DNA of 64,000 bases from an uncultured Gemmatimonadales bacterium (GTDB taxonomy: Bacteria > Gemmatimonadota > Gemmatimonadetes > Palauibacterales > Palauibacteraceae). Of the stretch, positions 1-12,507 are shown piece after piece (within the stretch, counting starts at the first letter, position 1; the number at the start of each line of letters is the position of its first letter). A model generated the notes under the pieces. It searched no databases, was not told the origin of the DNA, and saw only the letters and a program-made list of their open reading frames with translations. The stretch covers positions 1 through 64,000 of the forward strand of contig CAWANJ010000007.1 of NCBI GenBank assembly GCA_963783385.1, given 5' to 3'. The position numbers and the translations under genes are program-made.

Positions 1-554
1 CTGGACCCGAAAAAGGGCATCGACGTGCTCCTGGACGCTTTCTCGGTCGTAGTCGCGGAGCTTCCCGATGCCCGCCTCGTGCTGGCGGGCTCCGGAACCG
101 CGAGCTTCGAGGGCCACGTGCGGTCGAAGATCGAGGCGATGGGCCTCGACAGGGCCGTGGAGCTCCCAGGCTTCGTGGAGGGCGACGAGAAGGCCCGCCT
201 CCTGGCGGAATCGGCCGCCTTCGTGCTGCCCTCCCGAAGGGAGAATTTTGGGGATCGCGGTCGTCGAGGCTATGGACGCCGGCCTACCGGTCGTGGTCTC
301 CAGGGGGGTGGCCATCTGGCCGGAGATCGAGGAGGCCAGAGCCGGCATCGTGGTGCCCGAACGGACGACTCGGGCTGTGGCCGAGGCGCTCTTGAGGCTC
401 CTGCAGGACGAGCAATTGCGGCATCGAGATGGGGAGGAACGGGCGCACCCTGGTCCGGTCGGCCTTCGATCCCCAAGCAGTTGGCAGGGAGCTGCTCGGG
501 CTCTACCGCACCGCCGCCGCACGCGGTCGACCGGCTTCGGAAGTTAGAACGTGA
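1..554 (+). CDS. GT4 glycosyltransferase, C-terminal part (5' end outside window; 2 apparent frameshifts)
   Basis: LDPKKGIDVLLDAF...FVLPSRRENFG, then IAVVEAMDAGLPVV in a second frame and MGRNGRTLV...TGA at 552-554 in a third; typical GT4 C-terminal motifs. Confidence 0.85.
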
Positions 555-1234
555 TGGGACCGAGTCCCGGAATGGAGGGCTACCTTTGGGAGGACGCACG
601 CCCAACCTGCTGCTCACGCCTACCTTCTCCCTGAGATGGAAGAGCTGCTGGAGACATGGGCACCGCACCCGAGGGATCTTCGGGCTTTGGACCTCGGGTG
701 TGGCAATGGTGCTGTGACAGGCTGGCTGGCCGAGCGCGGCTTCGACGTGGTTGGCGTGGATCCGTCCTCGACAGGCATCGAGTGGGCCCGCGCCGTGCAT
801 CCGGGGCTCGAATTCCACCAGGCCTCCGCCTACGACTCACTTGCTGAAAGGCTGGGCGTATTTTCCATTGTGGTCTCCGTAGAGGTCGTGGAGCATATAT
901 ACGATCCGCCGCGGTTTGCGCGAACGGCGTTCGCCGCGCTCTGTCCCGGCGGCATGTTGATCCTGTCCACTCCCTATCACGGCTGGCTGAAGAACATAGC
1001 GATTGCCCTGCTCGGCAAGTTCGATCAGCACGTGGACCCCCTCCGCGAGCACGGCCACATCAAGTTCTGGTCACGGGCGACCCTGACCCGCCTGCTGGAG
1101 GACGTCGGCTTCGAGGTGCTCCAGTACCGGTACGCAGGCCGGACCCCCCCCTCGCCAGGTCGATGCTTGCCGTAGCGCGGCGTCCGGGAGAGGCTCGACC
1201 GGCCCCTACCGCCCCGGAGGAGAGTGGCAGTTGA
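554..1234 (+). CDS. Class I SAM-dependent methyltransferase (UbiG-like), frameshifted at both ends
   Basis: ORF 636-1175: ALDLGCGNG, VGVDPS, VEVVEHIYDP, GGMLILSTPYHG; ATG overlaps upstream stop (TGATG). Confidence 0.85.
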
Positions 1235-1304
1235 CGTCTTGGCGGCGCAGGCAGTCCCTGTCGGGCGCAGTGCCACATGCAGGCGCCGTTCTGGAGAACC
1301 GTCT

Positions 1305-2155
1305 ATGATCTCGCTGACGCTGATTGTCCTATCCTATAACGAGGAACTCAACCTCCCCCACTGTCTTGAGAGCGTTAGCGGACTGGCTCAGCGGGTGTTC
1401 GTGGTCGACTCCGGCAGCGAGGACGCGACTCGAAACCGAGCCGCTGAGTATGCGGCAAGCGTGGTGGAACATCCCTTCGACAATCAGGCCGAACAATTCA
1501 ACTGGGCTCTGGACCACCTCCCGATCGAGACCGACTGGGTGCTGCGCTTGGACGCCGATGAGTACCTGCTTCCCGAGCTGCGAGAGGAGATCCGCACGAC
1601 CCTACCGCTCCTGCCGGGGCAGGTTACAGGGCTGTACATGAAGCGGCGAATGATCTTCCAAGGACGCTGGATACGACACGGCGGATACTACCCAACCTGG
1701 CTGCTTCGCGTCTTTCGTCGTGGCAAGGCCCGAAGCGAATCGGTGGAGATGGACGAGCATCTCGTAGTCAATGAGGGGGAGACCCGGCGCCTCGACCACG
1801 ACTTCGTCGATCAAAACCGGAAGCCCCTCTCGTTCTGGACGCTCAAACACGAGAATTATGCTGAGCGCGAAGCGCGAGTGTTGCGGAGGCGTGAGCGCGG
1901 TGACCTCGGGGTGGTCGGAGAACCGGGACGCCTCAGGGGAGATCCTCGCGAGCGTAGGCGCTGGCGTAAGGAACGCGTGTACTTGCGCCTTCCTCCCTTT
2001 CTTCGGGCCTTTCTGTATTTTGGTTACCGTTACTTCTTACGGTTAGGCTTCCTGGACGGGAAGCAAGGGCTTGTATTTCATGTTCTGCAGGGCTTCTGGT
2101 ATCGCTTCTACGTGGATGCGAAGCTCTGGGAGATGAGACGGGGCTCCCCTCGCTC

Positions 2156-2159
<4 letters not shown>
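1305..2159 (+). CDS. GT2 glycosyltransferase
   Basis: LIVLSYNEE, VVDSGSED, WVLRLDADE, YFLRLGFLDGKQG; GGAG upstream of ATG 1305. Confidence 0.9.
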
Positions 2160-3491
<1,332 letters not shown>

Positions 3492-3495
<4 letters not shown>

Positions 3496-4475
3496 CGCGA
3501 GTTCGTGTGCCCCTGAGCCGCCGCGTACGAAACCTCCTCAAGCAACGAGCGGCGCGGCCCTTGTTCGAACTCTTGCCAGAGCATGGGCGTCAATGTGACC
3601 CCAGCCCATTTCTACTCGGAGATTCCCAATATCAGAGTACTGCGCAGTAATCCCGAGCGTTTGAGAGCTTACGGGTTCGCAGCGATCCAAGGCGCCAATC
3701 TTGGCCAGCAGCTTCAGACCCTTCGTGAATGGTTCTTGGATGGGCCTCGCTCAGGCGAAGAAGATGATCTGTATGCAGAGGTGGTCGCTGAACAGAACGA
3801 GGGAGGGGGGTTTGGACCCATTGAGTCCAGGGTGCTGAGTGCGTTTGTAAGAAGCGTCAACCCTCGGAAGATCGTACAGGTCGGAGGTGGCGTGTCGACC
3901 GGTGTTATCGTACGCGCACTACGTGACTTCCGGCTTGGTACATCAGGACGCCTTACGCTAGACCTCAGCTCCTCTGCGTTGAGCCTTTCCCATCAGGCTA
4001 CCTCTCCAATTTGGAGACAGATGGACATATCAAGCTAGTTGCTGAACCGGCTCAGGATTGGAATTGGCAACCGTCGGTCGCGGAGCTTGAGTCCGGGGAC
4101 CTTCTCTTCATTGATTCAACGCATACGACCGTTCCAGGCAGCGAAGTCAACAGGATCATTCTCGAATGGCTCCCGCAGCTGAAGGCGGGTGTGTGGGTTC
4201 ACTTTCACGATATCTACTTTCCTTATGACCACAGTCCGGGGCTGTTGAATAGGACGCTATTCTTCCATAGGGAGAGTGTGCTTCTCCAGGCCTTCCTGAC
4301 GTGTAACCAGCGCTTCCGGATTGCTGTTTCCCTGTCAATGCTCCATCACGGTCGATCAGATGATCTCGGCCGTTTGCTGGGCTCACACTATCGGCCGAGG
4401 CCCATGAGCGAAGGCATACAGTGTGAGGCCGGCGGAGACTTCCCATCGTCCACGTACTTGAGAGTGGTTTCGTGA
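3492..4475 (+). CDS. Class I SAM methyltransferase (Methyltransf_24-like), split by frameshifts, lower GC
   Basis: HFYSEIP, KIVQVGGGVST (ORF 3583-4038) and LFIDSTH, WVHFHDIYFPYDH (ORF 4011-4475). Confidence 0.75.
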
Positions 4476-4493
4476 CGGAGGGCGCGTAGGAAG

Positions 4494-5837
4494 GTGTCGA
4501 AGCTGGCTTTGTTGTTCGTCAACCAGCACTATGCGCCCGACGTCGCTTCGACCGGGCAGCACCTGGCGGACCTGGCCGAGCACCTCGCTCGGGGCGGGCT
4601 GGCGCGTCACCGTCCTGTGCGGCCGCGGCGGCTATCGGGGCGGGGAGCTCCCCGCCCCGGACCGCGAGAGCCGCAACGGCGTGCAGGTCCGCCGGGTCGG
4701 GGTCCCCGGCTACGGCCGCCGCCGTCTGTCGGGCCGCGCGGCGGACTACGCGGCCTTCCACGTTCGGGCCGGCCTGCACGCGGCCGTGGCCCGGGAGAAG
4801 CCCGACCTGGTGGTCAGCCTGACCACGCCCAGCCTCCTCCCGGCGACGGTCCGCGCGGCCTGCGGGCTCCGGCGCGTGCCCTACGGGGTGTGGGCCATGG
4901 ACCTCCACCCGGACGTCGAGGAGCGGCTCGGCCTCCTTCCGGGAGGGCGGGCCGCGGCGGCCCCGCTGCACGCGGCCTCCCGCTTCGGGTATCGAGGAGC
5001 GCGGTTCGTGGTCACGCTCGGCCCGCACATGGCTCGGGAGGTGCGCCGGAAGGGCGTCCCGGAGGCGGCGGGTTCACCGGCTCCCCGTCTGGAACCGCGG
5101 CGCCGTGATCCGGCCGCTGGCGCTCCCGCGGCAACGGCCTCCGGCGCCGACTGGGTTACGGCGAGCTCCGACTTCGTGGTCCTTTACTCCGGGAACGCGG
5201 GTTACGCCCACCGCTTCGACGTCGTCCTCGAGGCGGCGGACCGACTGCGAGATGCACGCGGACGTCCACTTCCTGTTCGTGGGCGGGGGGCCGCGGCGTC
5301 CCGAGATCGAGCGCGAGGCCGCCCGCCGCCGGCTCCCCCGGTTCCGCTACCTGGACTACGTCCCGCGGGACGAGCTCGCCCGGTCTCTGTCCGTAGGGGA
5401 TGTCCACCTCCTCACCCTGAGGGCCGACATGGCGGGTCTGGTGGCCCCCGGGAAGCTGTACGGGAGCATGGCCGCGGGCCGTCCCGTGCTCATGGTGGGC
5501 CCCCGGGCCTCGGACCCCGGCGACGGTCATCGAGGAGGAGCGGGTGGGCGTGGTCGTCGACCCGGCGGACGAGCCCGGCGACCCGGCCGCCCGGCTGGCG
5601 GCCGCGATCCTGGCCCTGCGTGACGACCCGGGCCGCCGCCGCGCGCTCGGCGAGCGGGCCCGCCGGGTGTTCGAGGAGAAGTACGACCGGGACATCGTGT
5701 GCGCCCGCTGGGAGGCGCTCCTTCGTTCGGAATTGGGGAAGGCGGCCGGCGTGGAAGAGGCCGATTGTCACGGGAGCACACATCGTCTAGGTTCGGGACG
5801 TTCCTCGAAATATTCTTCACTCGCTGCCGAGGAGTGA
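4494..5837 (+). CDS. GT4 glycosyltransferase (WbuB/WcaI-like), frameshifted
   Basis: LFVNQHYAPDVASTGQ, WAMDLHPD, VLYSGNAG, PGKLYGSMAAGRPVL, FEEKYDRD across ORFs 4494/4531/5105/5544. Confidence 0.85.
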
Positions 5838-6513
5838 TGCGGACCCGAACGAGCCACAGCGCCCGCCGGCCCTGGTTGTTGGCCGGCGCTCTCGTCCTTC
5901 CCGCTCTTTCTCTCTGCGCCCTGTCCGCCTGCGCCAGCGGCGGAAGCCCGCCGCCCGCCTCCTCCGCTGCCCCCGCCCACGTCGGCGTCCGCCCCGGCGA
6001 CGCCGTCCTCATCAAGGTGTGGCGGGAGCCCGACCTCAGCGACACGGCCCAGGTCAACGAGGACGGGCGGCTGGTCCTCCCCCTCCTCGGCGAGCGGCAG
6101 GTGGCCGGCATGTCGCCCGACTCCCTCCGGAAGGAGCTGGAGCACGACTACCGCAAGTACCTCGAGAACCCCTCCATCGAGGTCAAGGTGCTCCGGCGCA
6201 TCGCCATCCTGGGGCAGGTCCGAAGACTCCGGGCCTCTATCCGGTGGACGCCACCGTGAGCCTCTCGGATGCGCTGGCCATGGCGGGGGGCGTCACCCCC
6301 AACGGCAACCGGAACGACATCGAGCTCATCCGGGACGGGACCGTGATCCGACAGAGCGTGGACCGCGCCGCCGTGGTCGGCTCCCTGGACATCCGCTCGG
6401 GCGACCAGATCCTGGTGGGTCAGCGGAGCTGGGTCAGCCGTAACATCGGTCTCGTGGGCACCCTGATCGGCGCCGCCACCAGCCTGACCATCGCCTTGCT
6501 CATTCGGGGATGA
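5837..6513 (+). CDS. wza: Polysaccharide export lipoprotein (Wza/SLBB), one frameshift near 6220
   Basis: lipobox LSAC, VRPGDAVLIKVWREPDLS...V.EDGRLVLPLLG, GQV.TPGLY...LSDALAMAGG; directly upstream of wzc. Confidence 0.8.
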
Positions 6514-6552
6514 GCGTGGAGTTCGCGACCCCGTCTGATCGGGGAGGCCTGC

Positions 6553-9009
6553 ATGGCTGACGAGGGCTCGCGCCTGCCGGCGCCCCCCCCGGACCCGCGC
6601 CTCCCGGGCCGCTACGTGATCGACGACGTCCGCTACGGCGTCATCCCGCCCGGCTATCCGCCCGAGGAGGAGGTCGGCCTCGACGAGATCTGGTCCGTCC
6701 TCAAGCGCCGCAAGGGGTGGATCGTGGGCGCCTTCGTCCTCGTCCTGGGCCTCGCGGCGGCCTACACGTGGATGAAGACGCCCGTGTGGCAGGCCGACAC
6801 CACGCTCCGCATCGAGGAGCAGAGCCAGGGCGGATCGTCCAACCCGACGCAGGCGCTCCTCCTCGGCTTCGGCCAGGGCGGGCAGGTCGAGACCGAGATG
6901 AGGGTGGCCAAGACCCGGCCCATCCTGGCCGCCGTCGTCCGTGACCGGAACCTGGTGTTCTCGCTCGACGCTCCCGCGGGGACGCCGCGCTCGGAGCTGT
7001 TCGGGACGCTGGCCTTCGACAGCACCACGCCGGACGCCACCTACGCGCTCCAGCGCCAGGGCCCGGACCGCTGGCGGCTCCAGGAGACCACCGACCGCCA
7101 GCCGGGCGACCCGCCCCTCCTCGCCCCGGTCACGTTCGCGGCCGGGGACACCGTCCGCGTGCACGGCGGCGCCTTCACCCTGCTGCCGGACAGCCTCATG
7201 GCGGGCGGCGGGACGCCCCCCGGACAAATCGACGTCCACACCCGGCCCTTCGAGGCCGCCGTCGGCGGCCTGGAGAGCTCCGTGGACGTCTCCCGCCCCG
7301 ACCCGGACGCCAACCTCATCCGGATCAGCTACCAGGGCACCGACCGCGTCCTGGTGCGGGACATCCCCAACGACCTGGCGGGCGCTTTCGTCCAGCGGCG
7401 CCGGGCGGTGATGAAGACGCAGGCCCGGAGCACGGTGGCCTTCCTCACCGACCAGCAGGCCCGGCTCGAGGGACAGCTCCGCGCCGCCGAGGACTCGCTG
7501 CAGCTCTTCCGCGAGAAGGCGCAGGTGGTGGCCCCGGACGCGCAGGCGCAGTCGGACGTCCAGCACCTGGCCGACCTCCAGGCCCAGCGCGCCCAGCTCG
7601 CCGCCGAGCGCGACGCCCTGGACAGCCTCCTCACTTCCATCCAGCGGAGCGGGGGCGGGAGCGCCGCCTACCGGCGCCTGGCCGCCTTCCCGAGCTTCCT
7701 CCAGAACAAGGGCATCCAGAACATCCTGCAGAGCCTCACCCAGGCCCAGCAGGAGAAGACCGCCATGCGCACCCGGCGGACGGAGGACTACCCGGACGTC
7801 GTCGCCCTCACCCGCCAGATCGGGGGCCTCCAGGACCAGCTCGGCGAGATGGGCAAGGACTACCTCTCCTCCCTGGACGCCCAGATCGCCTCGCTGGACG
7901 GGGTGCTCGGGAAGTTCGGGGCGCAGCTCAAGAAGGTGCCGGCCACCGAGGTCCAGTACGCCCGCCTCAAGCGGCGCACGGACCTCCTCGGGAACATCGA
8001 CCAGACCGTCCAGCAGAACCTCCAGGAGGCGCGCATCCAGGAGGCCGTGGAGGACCCGAGCGTGCGGGTGGTGGAGTCGGCCGTCCTCCCCGACGAGCCC
8101 ATCGCGCCGAAGCCGATGAGGAACCTGGCGCTGGGCGGCTTCCTCGGGCTCCTCCTCGGGGTGGGGCTCGCCTTCGTGCGCGAGTACTCGGACAGGACCC
8201 TGCACGCCGATGACGACGTGGAGGCGCTGGTGGGCGCGCCGGTCCTGGCCCGGGTGCCGCCGGTGGCGGCGGTGGCGGGCCGGCGGGCCCGGCGCGCCGA
8301 TGGACTCGTCGCCGCGCAGGCCGGCCGCTCCCTGCCGGCCGAGGCCTTCCGGGCCCTGCGCACCAACGTGCGCTACACGCGGGCCGGGGAGGGGACGCGC
8401 GAGATCCTGGTCACCAGCCCCGGGGCGCGGGACGGGAAGTCCCTCACCGCCGCCAATCTGGCCGTCACCCTGGCCCAGCAGGGGACCCGCACCCTCCTCA
8501 TCGACGCCGACCTCCGGAAGGCCGTCCAGCACCTCACCTTCGGGGTGGACCGCGAGCCCGGCCTGTCCGAGTGCCTGGTGGATGGGATTCCGGTGCGGCG
8601 CGTGGTGCGGGCCACGGACGTGGAGGGCCTGGACCTCCTCCCGGCCGGCGCCCCGCCTCCCAACCCGGCCGAGCTCCTGGGCAGCGACAAGATGGAGCGG
8701 CTCCTGGCCGAGGTGCGGGACGCCTACGGCGCCATCGTGGTGGACTCGCCCCCCGCCCTGGTGGTGACCGACGCCGCCGTGCTGGCCCCGCAGCTCGAGG
8801 GCACGCTGGTCGTGGTGCGCGCCGAGCAGACGGTGACCGAGGCGGCCGAAGCTGTGGTCGAGCAGCTCCGCCGGGTGGGCGCCGAGGTCCTGGGCGTCGT
8901 GTTCAACGACGCGGAGGCGGAGGGGAAGTACGGGTACTACCCGGCCTACTACGGCGACTACTTCGGGAACGGCAAGAAGGGGCTGCGGAAGCTGCTGCCG
9001 TTCGGGTAG
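6553..9009 (+). CDS. wzc: Polysaccharide co-polymerase / BY tyrosine kinase
   Basis: two TM segments around a coiled periplasmic domain; EAFRALRTN, Walker A VTSPGARDGKS, LIDADLRK, VVDSPP, C-terminal Tyr cluster YGYYPAYYGDY. Confidence 0.95.
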   Translation: MADEGSRLPAPPPDPRLPGRYVIDDVRYGVIPPGYPPEEEVGLDEIWSVLKRRKGWIVGAFVLVLGLAAAYTWMKTPVWQADTTLRIEEQSQGGSSNPTQALLLGFGQGGQVETEMRVAKTRPILAAVVRDRNLVFSLDAPAGTPRSELFGTLAFDSTTPDATYALQRQGPDRWRLQETTDRQPGDPPLLAPVTFAAGDTVRVHGGAFTLLPDSLMAGGGTPPGQIDVHTRPFEAAVGGLESSVDVSRPDPDANLIRISYQGTDRVLVRDIPNDLAGAFVQRRRAVMKTQARSTVAFLTDQQARLEGQLRAAEDSLQLFREKAQVVAPDAQAQSDVQHLADLQAQRAQLAAERDALDSLLTSIQRSGGGSAAYRRLAAFPSFLQNKGIQNILQSLTQAQQEKTAMRTRRTEDYPDVVALTRQIGGLQDQLGEMGKDYLSSLDAQIASLDGVLGKFGAQLKKVPATEVQYARLKRRTDLLGNIDQTVQQNLQEARIQEAVEDPSVRVVESAVLPDEPIAPKPMRNLALGGFLGLLLGVGLAFVREYSDRTLHADDDVEALVGAPVLARVPPVAAVAGRRARRADGLVAAQAGRSLPAEAFRALRTNVRYTRAGEGTREILVTSPGARDGKSLTAANLAVTLAQQGTRTLLIDADLRKAVQHLTFGVDREPGLSECLVDGIPVRRVVRATDVEGLDLLPAGAPPPNPAELLGSDKMERLLAEVRDAYGAIVVDSPPALVVTDAAVLAPQLEGTLVVVRAEQTVTEAAEAVVEQLRRVGAEVLGVVFNDAEAEGKYGYYPAYYGDYFGNGKKGLRKLLPFG

Positions 9010-9115
9010 GGGGCGGTGAGGGTCCGATGAGAGGGTGGGCGATCCTGAATCGGCGGGGGTGTAGATCTTCGGGGCCAGCCCCGCACGTGTTGGCTCGCAA
9101 CCGGAGTGTTGAACG

Positions 9116-9331
9116 ATGGCTTCCCGACTCTTCGACTTCAGCCACCTCTCGCCCGACGAACGCATGGAGCTCGCGGAGCAGCTTTGGGATTCTCTGCCGC
9201 TCGAGTCGGTGGGGCCCGACCGCGAGCAGATCGATGAGCTGCGCCGTCGTCGCGGTGCGCTCGCGTCCGACCAGGTGCTCGGTCGGCCCTGGAAGGAGGC
9301 ATTGCAGGAACTTCACGGTCCCGACGTCTGA
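9116..9331 (+). CDS. Putative addiction-module antitoxin component
   Basis: LSPDERMELAEQLWDSL...ELRRR...W pattern; precedes a ParE/RelE-like gene. Confidence 0.8.
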   Translation: MASRLFDFSHLSPDERMELAEQLWDSLPLESVGPDREQIDELRRRRGALASDQVLGRPWKEALQELHGPDV

Positions 9332-9339
9332 CGGCCGGT

Positions 9340-9587
9340 ATGGCGCGCCTCTTCCTTCGGGCGCAAGCGCTCGAAGACGTGCGTGAGGCGTTCCCGTGGT
9401 ACGAGCGTCTAGTCCGGGGCTCGGCTACGAGTTTCTTCGAGCTGTCCGTATTGTTCTCACCGCCATCGAGCGTAACCCGGCACAGTTTCCGGTCGCCATC
9501 GACGACTCCGCAAGGTCCCGCTCCGCCGCTTTCCGTACGTGGCATACTATGTTGTCTCGAGAAGGGCACGTCGGCGCGCGTGCGTGA
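9340..9587 (+). pseudogene. ParE/RelE-family toxin, frameshifted and truncated
   Basis: ALEDVREAFPWYE then PGLGYEFLRAVR...IERNPAQFPV in another frame, then RRFPY in a third. Confidence 0.65.
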
Positions 9588-9609
9588 TTTCGGTCGGTGA
9601 GACAGGACG

Positions 9610-9799
9610 CACCATGTCGGCTTCCAGCGTCACCACGGCGGCCGTCCGCCCGTGGCTGGTACGCCGTTACGAGCCCTGGCATGTGGTGCCCTCGGTCCAG
9701 GATCCAGACCGTTCGGACAAAAGCCCGCGTACCTCGCGGCCCCGTGATCTCACCATCCAGAATGTACTTGACGCCGTGCTGCGAAGGTACCGCCCGCAC
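9610..9799 (-). pseudogene. DUF6883-like toxin C-terminal fragment
   Basis: HGVKYILDGEITGPRG...VRTVWILD...PGLVTAY resembles the DUF6883 C-terminus; no N-terminal half. Confidence 0.5.
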
Positions 9800-9967
9800 G
9801 TCCCCCGACTGTCGACTCCGCGCTGAGGCGATCCTCGAGCTTCACAGCCACGACGGGGGTCGGCAGGGGAGATCCCGAGACCGCGTCTCCTTGACACGCC
9901 CGTCCCATTGCCCCCAGTTTATAGGTCTACTTATAGGGCTTCTCATACAGCACATCAGGAGTCTGTC

Positions 9968-10246
9968 ATGAGAGCGGTGGCGCAGGCGCCGGGCGGGGAG
10001 ATCCGCAAGACCAGCTTCCGACTGCCGGAGGAGCTCCTCGACGCCGTGGCCCGCGCGGTGGAGCGGGGGGAGGCCGAGAGCCAGACGGCCTTCGTGGAGC
10101 GCGCGCTCCGGCACGAGCTCGCCTCCCTCCGTCGCAGCGAGCTCCGGGAGGCCTACGCGGCGGCGGCCCGTGACGAGCGCTTCCGGGAAGAGGCGGAGAC
10201 CCTCGACCGGGAGTTCGACCCGGCGGTGGGGGACGGCCTGAGCTGA
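9968..10246 (+). CDS. Ribbon-helix-helix antitoxin (MazE/CopG-like)
   Basis: KTSFRLPEELLDAV...SQTAFVERAL, acidic tail; AGGAG RBS; adjacent to MazF. Confidence 0.8.
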   Translation: MRAVAQAPGGEIRKTSFRLPEELLDAVARAVERGEAESQTAFVERALRHELASLRRSELREAYAAAARDERFREEAETLDREFDPAVGDGLS

Positions 10247-10249
10247 CCC

Positions 10250-10630
10250 ATGACCTACCGAGGGAACGTCTTCCGGTGGGAGATCTATCGCGCCGACCTC
10301 GAGCCCCACGTCGGACACGAGCAGGCGGGCGAGAGCCGGCCGGTCCTGATCGTGTCCAACGACGAGTTCAACGCCTCGGGCCTGGACATCCATGCCGTCC
10401 TCCCCCTGACCAAGCTGGAGGGGAAGACGCGGAAGGCCTATTCGTTCGAGGTCGCGCTCCCGACCGGTGCGGTTTCCAGCGGAGTCACGTCCATCGTGAT
10501 GCCGCACCAGATTCGGACGATCTCCAGGCACCGGCTCCTCGAGCGCATGGGCCGGGTCGACGATCCGGAGCTTCGGCGCGCGATCGAGGATCGGCTGCTG
10601 GAGCACCTCGGAATCGAATTCACCTACTGA
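10250..10630 (+). CDS. mazF: PemK/MazF-family toxin
   Basis: EIYRADLEPHVGHEQAG..RPVLIVSND, QIRTISR.RL..RMG. Confidence 0.9.
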   Translation: MTYRGNVFRWEIYRADLEPHVGHEQAGESRPVLIVSNDEFNASGLDIHAVLPLTKLEGKTRKAYSFEVALPTGAVSSGVTSIVMPHQIRTISRHRLLERMGRVDDPELRRAIEDRLLEHLGIEFTY

Positions 10631-10691
10631 AGGGGGCGCGGAAGCCGCTGGCGCTTTGAGGGTGCGGTGAGCCCGGCGGCCGGCCCGCTCT

Positions 10692-11924
10692 TCAGAGCAC
10701 CCGCCGCCACGGCGCCGCCAGGATCCCCTCTCCGATCCAGAACGTCTCCTCGCCGTCGTGGAGGATCAGGCCGCCCGAAGCCAGGTCGCCGTACTCCTCC
10801 AGGAACGCCCGCAGTCCGCGCGCGTCCGCGGTCCGCACCCCCGACCCGCTCTTCACCTCGACCGGCAGCACGCGCTCGCCCCACTCGATCACGAAGTCGA
10901 CCTCGGTGCCCCTGGACGTCCGCCAGTAGAGGACCCGGGGCGCGGGCGTCGGGAGCTCGCGCCACACCAGGAGGTCGCCCAGGACCAGGTTCTCCAGGTG
11001 CGCCCCGCGTGGGCGCGCCTCCTCGGCCAGGTGGAGCGCCAGACCCGTGTCGCTCCAGAACAGCTTCGGGCTCTTGACGAGGCGCTTCGTTCGGTTCATG
11101 GCGAACGGCTCGAGCCTGATGAGCTGGTAGGACGTCTCCAGCAGCCCCAGGTAGCGCTGCGCCGTCGACGGCGGGAGGCCGACGTCCCGCGCCAGCTCGG
11201 CCTGGTTGAGGACGTTGCCCAGCCGGAGACAGGCGGCGCGCATCAGGCGCCGGAAGTCCGCCAGGTTCTCGATCGCCGACAGGTCCCTCAGGTCCCGCTC
11301 CAGGTACGTGCGCACGTATCCGTCGAACCACAGGGCGCGCTGCTCCTCGGAGTCCAGCTGATAGGCGGGCGTCGGGTAGCCGCCCCGCCGGGCCAGCTCC
11401 TCCCACGGTGAGGTCAGCGTGACCTCGGCTCCGGCCACGGCGTCCCGCCAGCGCGCCACGGGCTCCTCGAAGAAGGTCGACCACCGGCCGGCCCGGCCCC
11501 GCCCCGCGCGCTCGGCCACGGTAAGCGGCCACAGGGTCACGTAGGCGGCCCGCCCCGCCAGGGACTCGGACACGTCCCGCATGAGGAGCAGGTTGGCCGA
11601 GCCCGTGAGGAGGAAGCGGCCTGGGGTTCGCTCGCGGTCGACCTCCCGCTTGATGGCCAGGAGGAGCGCGGGCTCGCGCTGCACTTCGTCGACCGTCATG
11701 CGCGGGGCGCGCCGCAGGAGCTGCTCGGGCTCGCGCCTGGCCTGGTCCAGGACGTCCAGGTCGTCGAGGGTGACGTACAGGCGGTCCCGGTCGGGCAGCG
11801 CCCGGGCGAGGGTCGTCTTGCCGGTCTGCCTGGCGCCGACGATGGCGACGACCGGGAAGGTGTCGAGCCGGGTCCGGAGGCCGGGCTCGACGGCCCGGGC
11901 CAGGTAGGGCTTCTCCGGGGGCAT
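10692..11924 (-). CDS. AAA ATPase with DUF4143 (PD-(D/E)XK-like C-terminus)
   Basis: GARQTGKTT, VDEVQR, FLLTGSA, GGYP, KSPKLFWSDTGL, EVDFVIE...PVEVKS. Confidence 0.9.
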   Translation of the reverse strand: MPPEKPYLARAVEPGLRTRLDTFPVVAIVGARQTGKTTLARALPDRDRLYVTLDDLDVLDQARREPEQLLRRAPRMTVDEVQREPALLLAIKREVDRERTPGRFLLTGSANLLLMRDVSESLAGRAAYVTLWPLTVAERAGRGRAGRWSTFFEEPVARWRDAVAGAEVTLTSPWEELARRGGYPTPAYQLDSEEQRALWFDGYVRTYLERDLRDLSAIENLADFRRLMRAACLRLGNVLNQAELARDVGLPPSTAQRYLGLLETSYQLIRLEPFAMNRTKRLVKSPKLFWSDTGLALHLAEEARPRGAHLENLVLGDLLVWRELPTPAPRVLYWRTSRGTEVDFVIEWGERVLPVEVKSGSGVRTADARGLRAFLEEYGDLASGGLILHDGEETFWIGEGILAAPWRRVL

Positions 11925-11965
11925 GCGGCGCTCCGTGCCGGGGGGCGTTACGGATGGTGGTGCAA

Positions 11966-12008
11966 ATCACCCGCGTCGTGGGTGAATATCACCCACACAA
12001 TGGGCGAT
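11966..12008. promoter_or_regulatory. Two tandem palindromes ATCACCC-N6-TGGGYGA (22-bp period) upstream of ATPase 1
   Basis: ATCACCC at 11966 and 11988, each followed by TGGGTGA or TGGGCGA; homologous pair at 27467-27508. Confidence 0.6.
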
Positions 12009-12030
12009 ATGCACAGAGGAGTCAAGGCCG

Positions 12031-12150
12031 TCAGGTGCCGTGACTATCGTTCTGCTGCATCCGCGTCGTACTCATGACGTCACTCCTCGTTTCTGGCCAC
12101 ACGTCGCGTCAGGCCCGCGCGGAGGTCCGCCCGCGGCGCACTCTCACCCC
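12031..12150 (-). pseudogene. Remnant of the 5' end and upstream region of the PepSY gene (paralog of 28009-28140)
   Basis: MSTTRMQQNDSHGT* versus MSTM...RMQQDRSHGT; shared gtcactcctcgttt and ggcccgcgcggaggtccgcccgcggcgca. Confidence 0.75.
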
Positions 12151-12507
12151 CTGCCCAGTGCGAGAGGGAGGCCATCTCGACGCGCCCGGGCCGTGGTCGA
12201 GCAGCTGCGGTGAACCGGCCGGTCATTCAACTGGCCGGTCGGGTCTTGACAGGATTCTGTTGACGGCGGCGAGGAGGTCCGGACCCCGCTCCTGGCGCGC
12301 CCCCAGCCCCTCTGACGCCCCCTCTCCCGGCCGCCGGCCGGTCCCTCCCCTTCGCGCCTCCTCCAGGCCGCCGTTGATCCCACAGCCGCCGTCTCCGGAG
12401 GCCGGAAATCGGCCGATTATACTGTAAGGGTGTGAGTTTCGTGACTTCTCGGGCCTCGCGAAGAGAGCCCGGAGGGCCGGGGCGTGGGTTGGGAATGGGA
12501 GGGGACA

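Noticed and set aside
6148-9165. 1005-aa minus-strand ORF and similar long antisense ORFs (e.g. 28067-30655, 40587-42608)
   Set aside because: Shadow ORFs opposite well-supported genes; expected in very high-GC DNA and with no recognisable motifs.
9010-10690. Integron cassette array
   Set aside because: No integrase, no recognisable attC sites, and the genes lie in mixed orientations.
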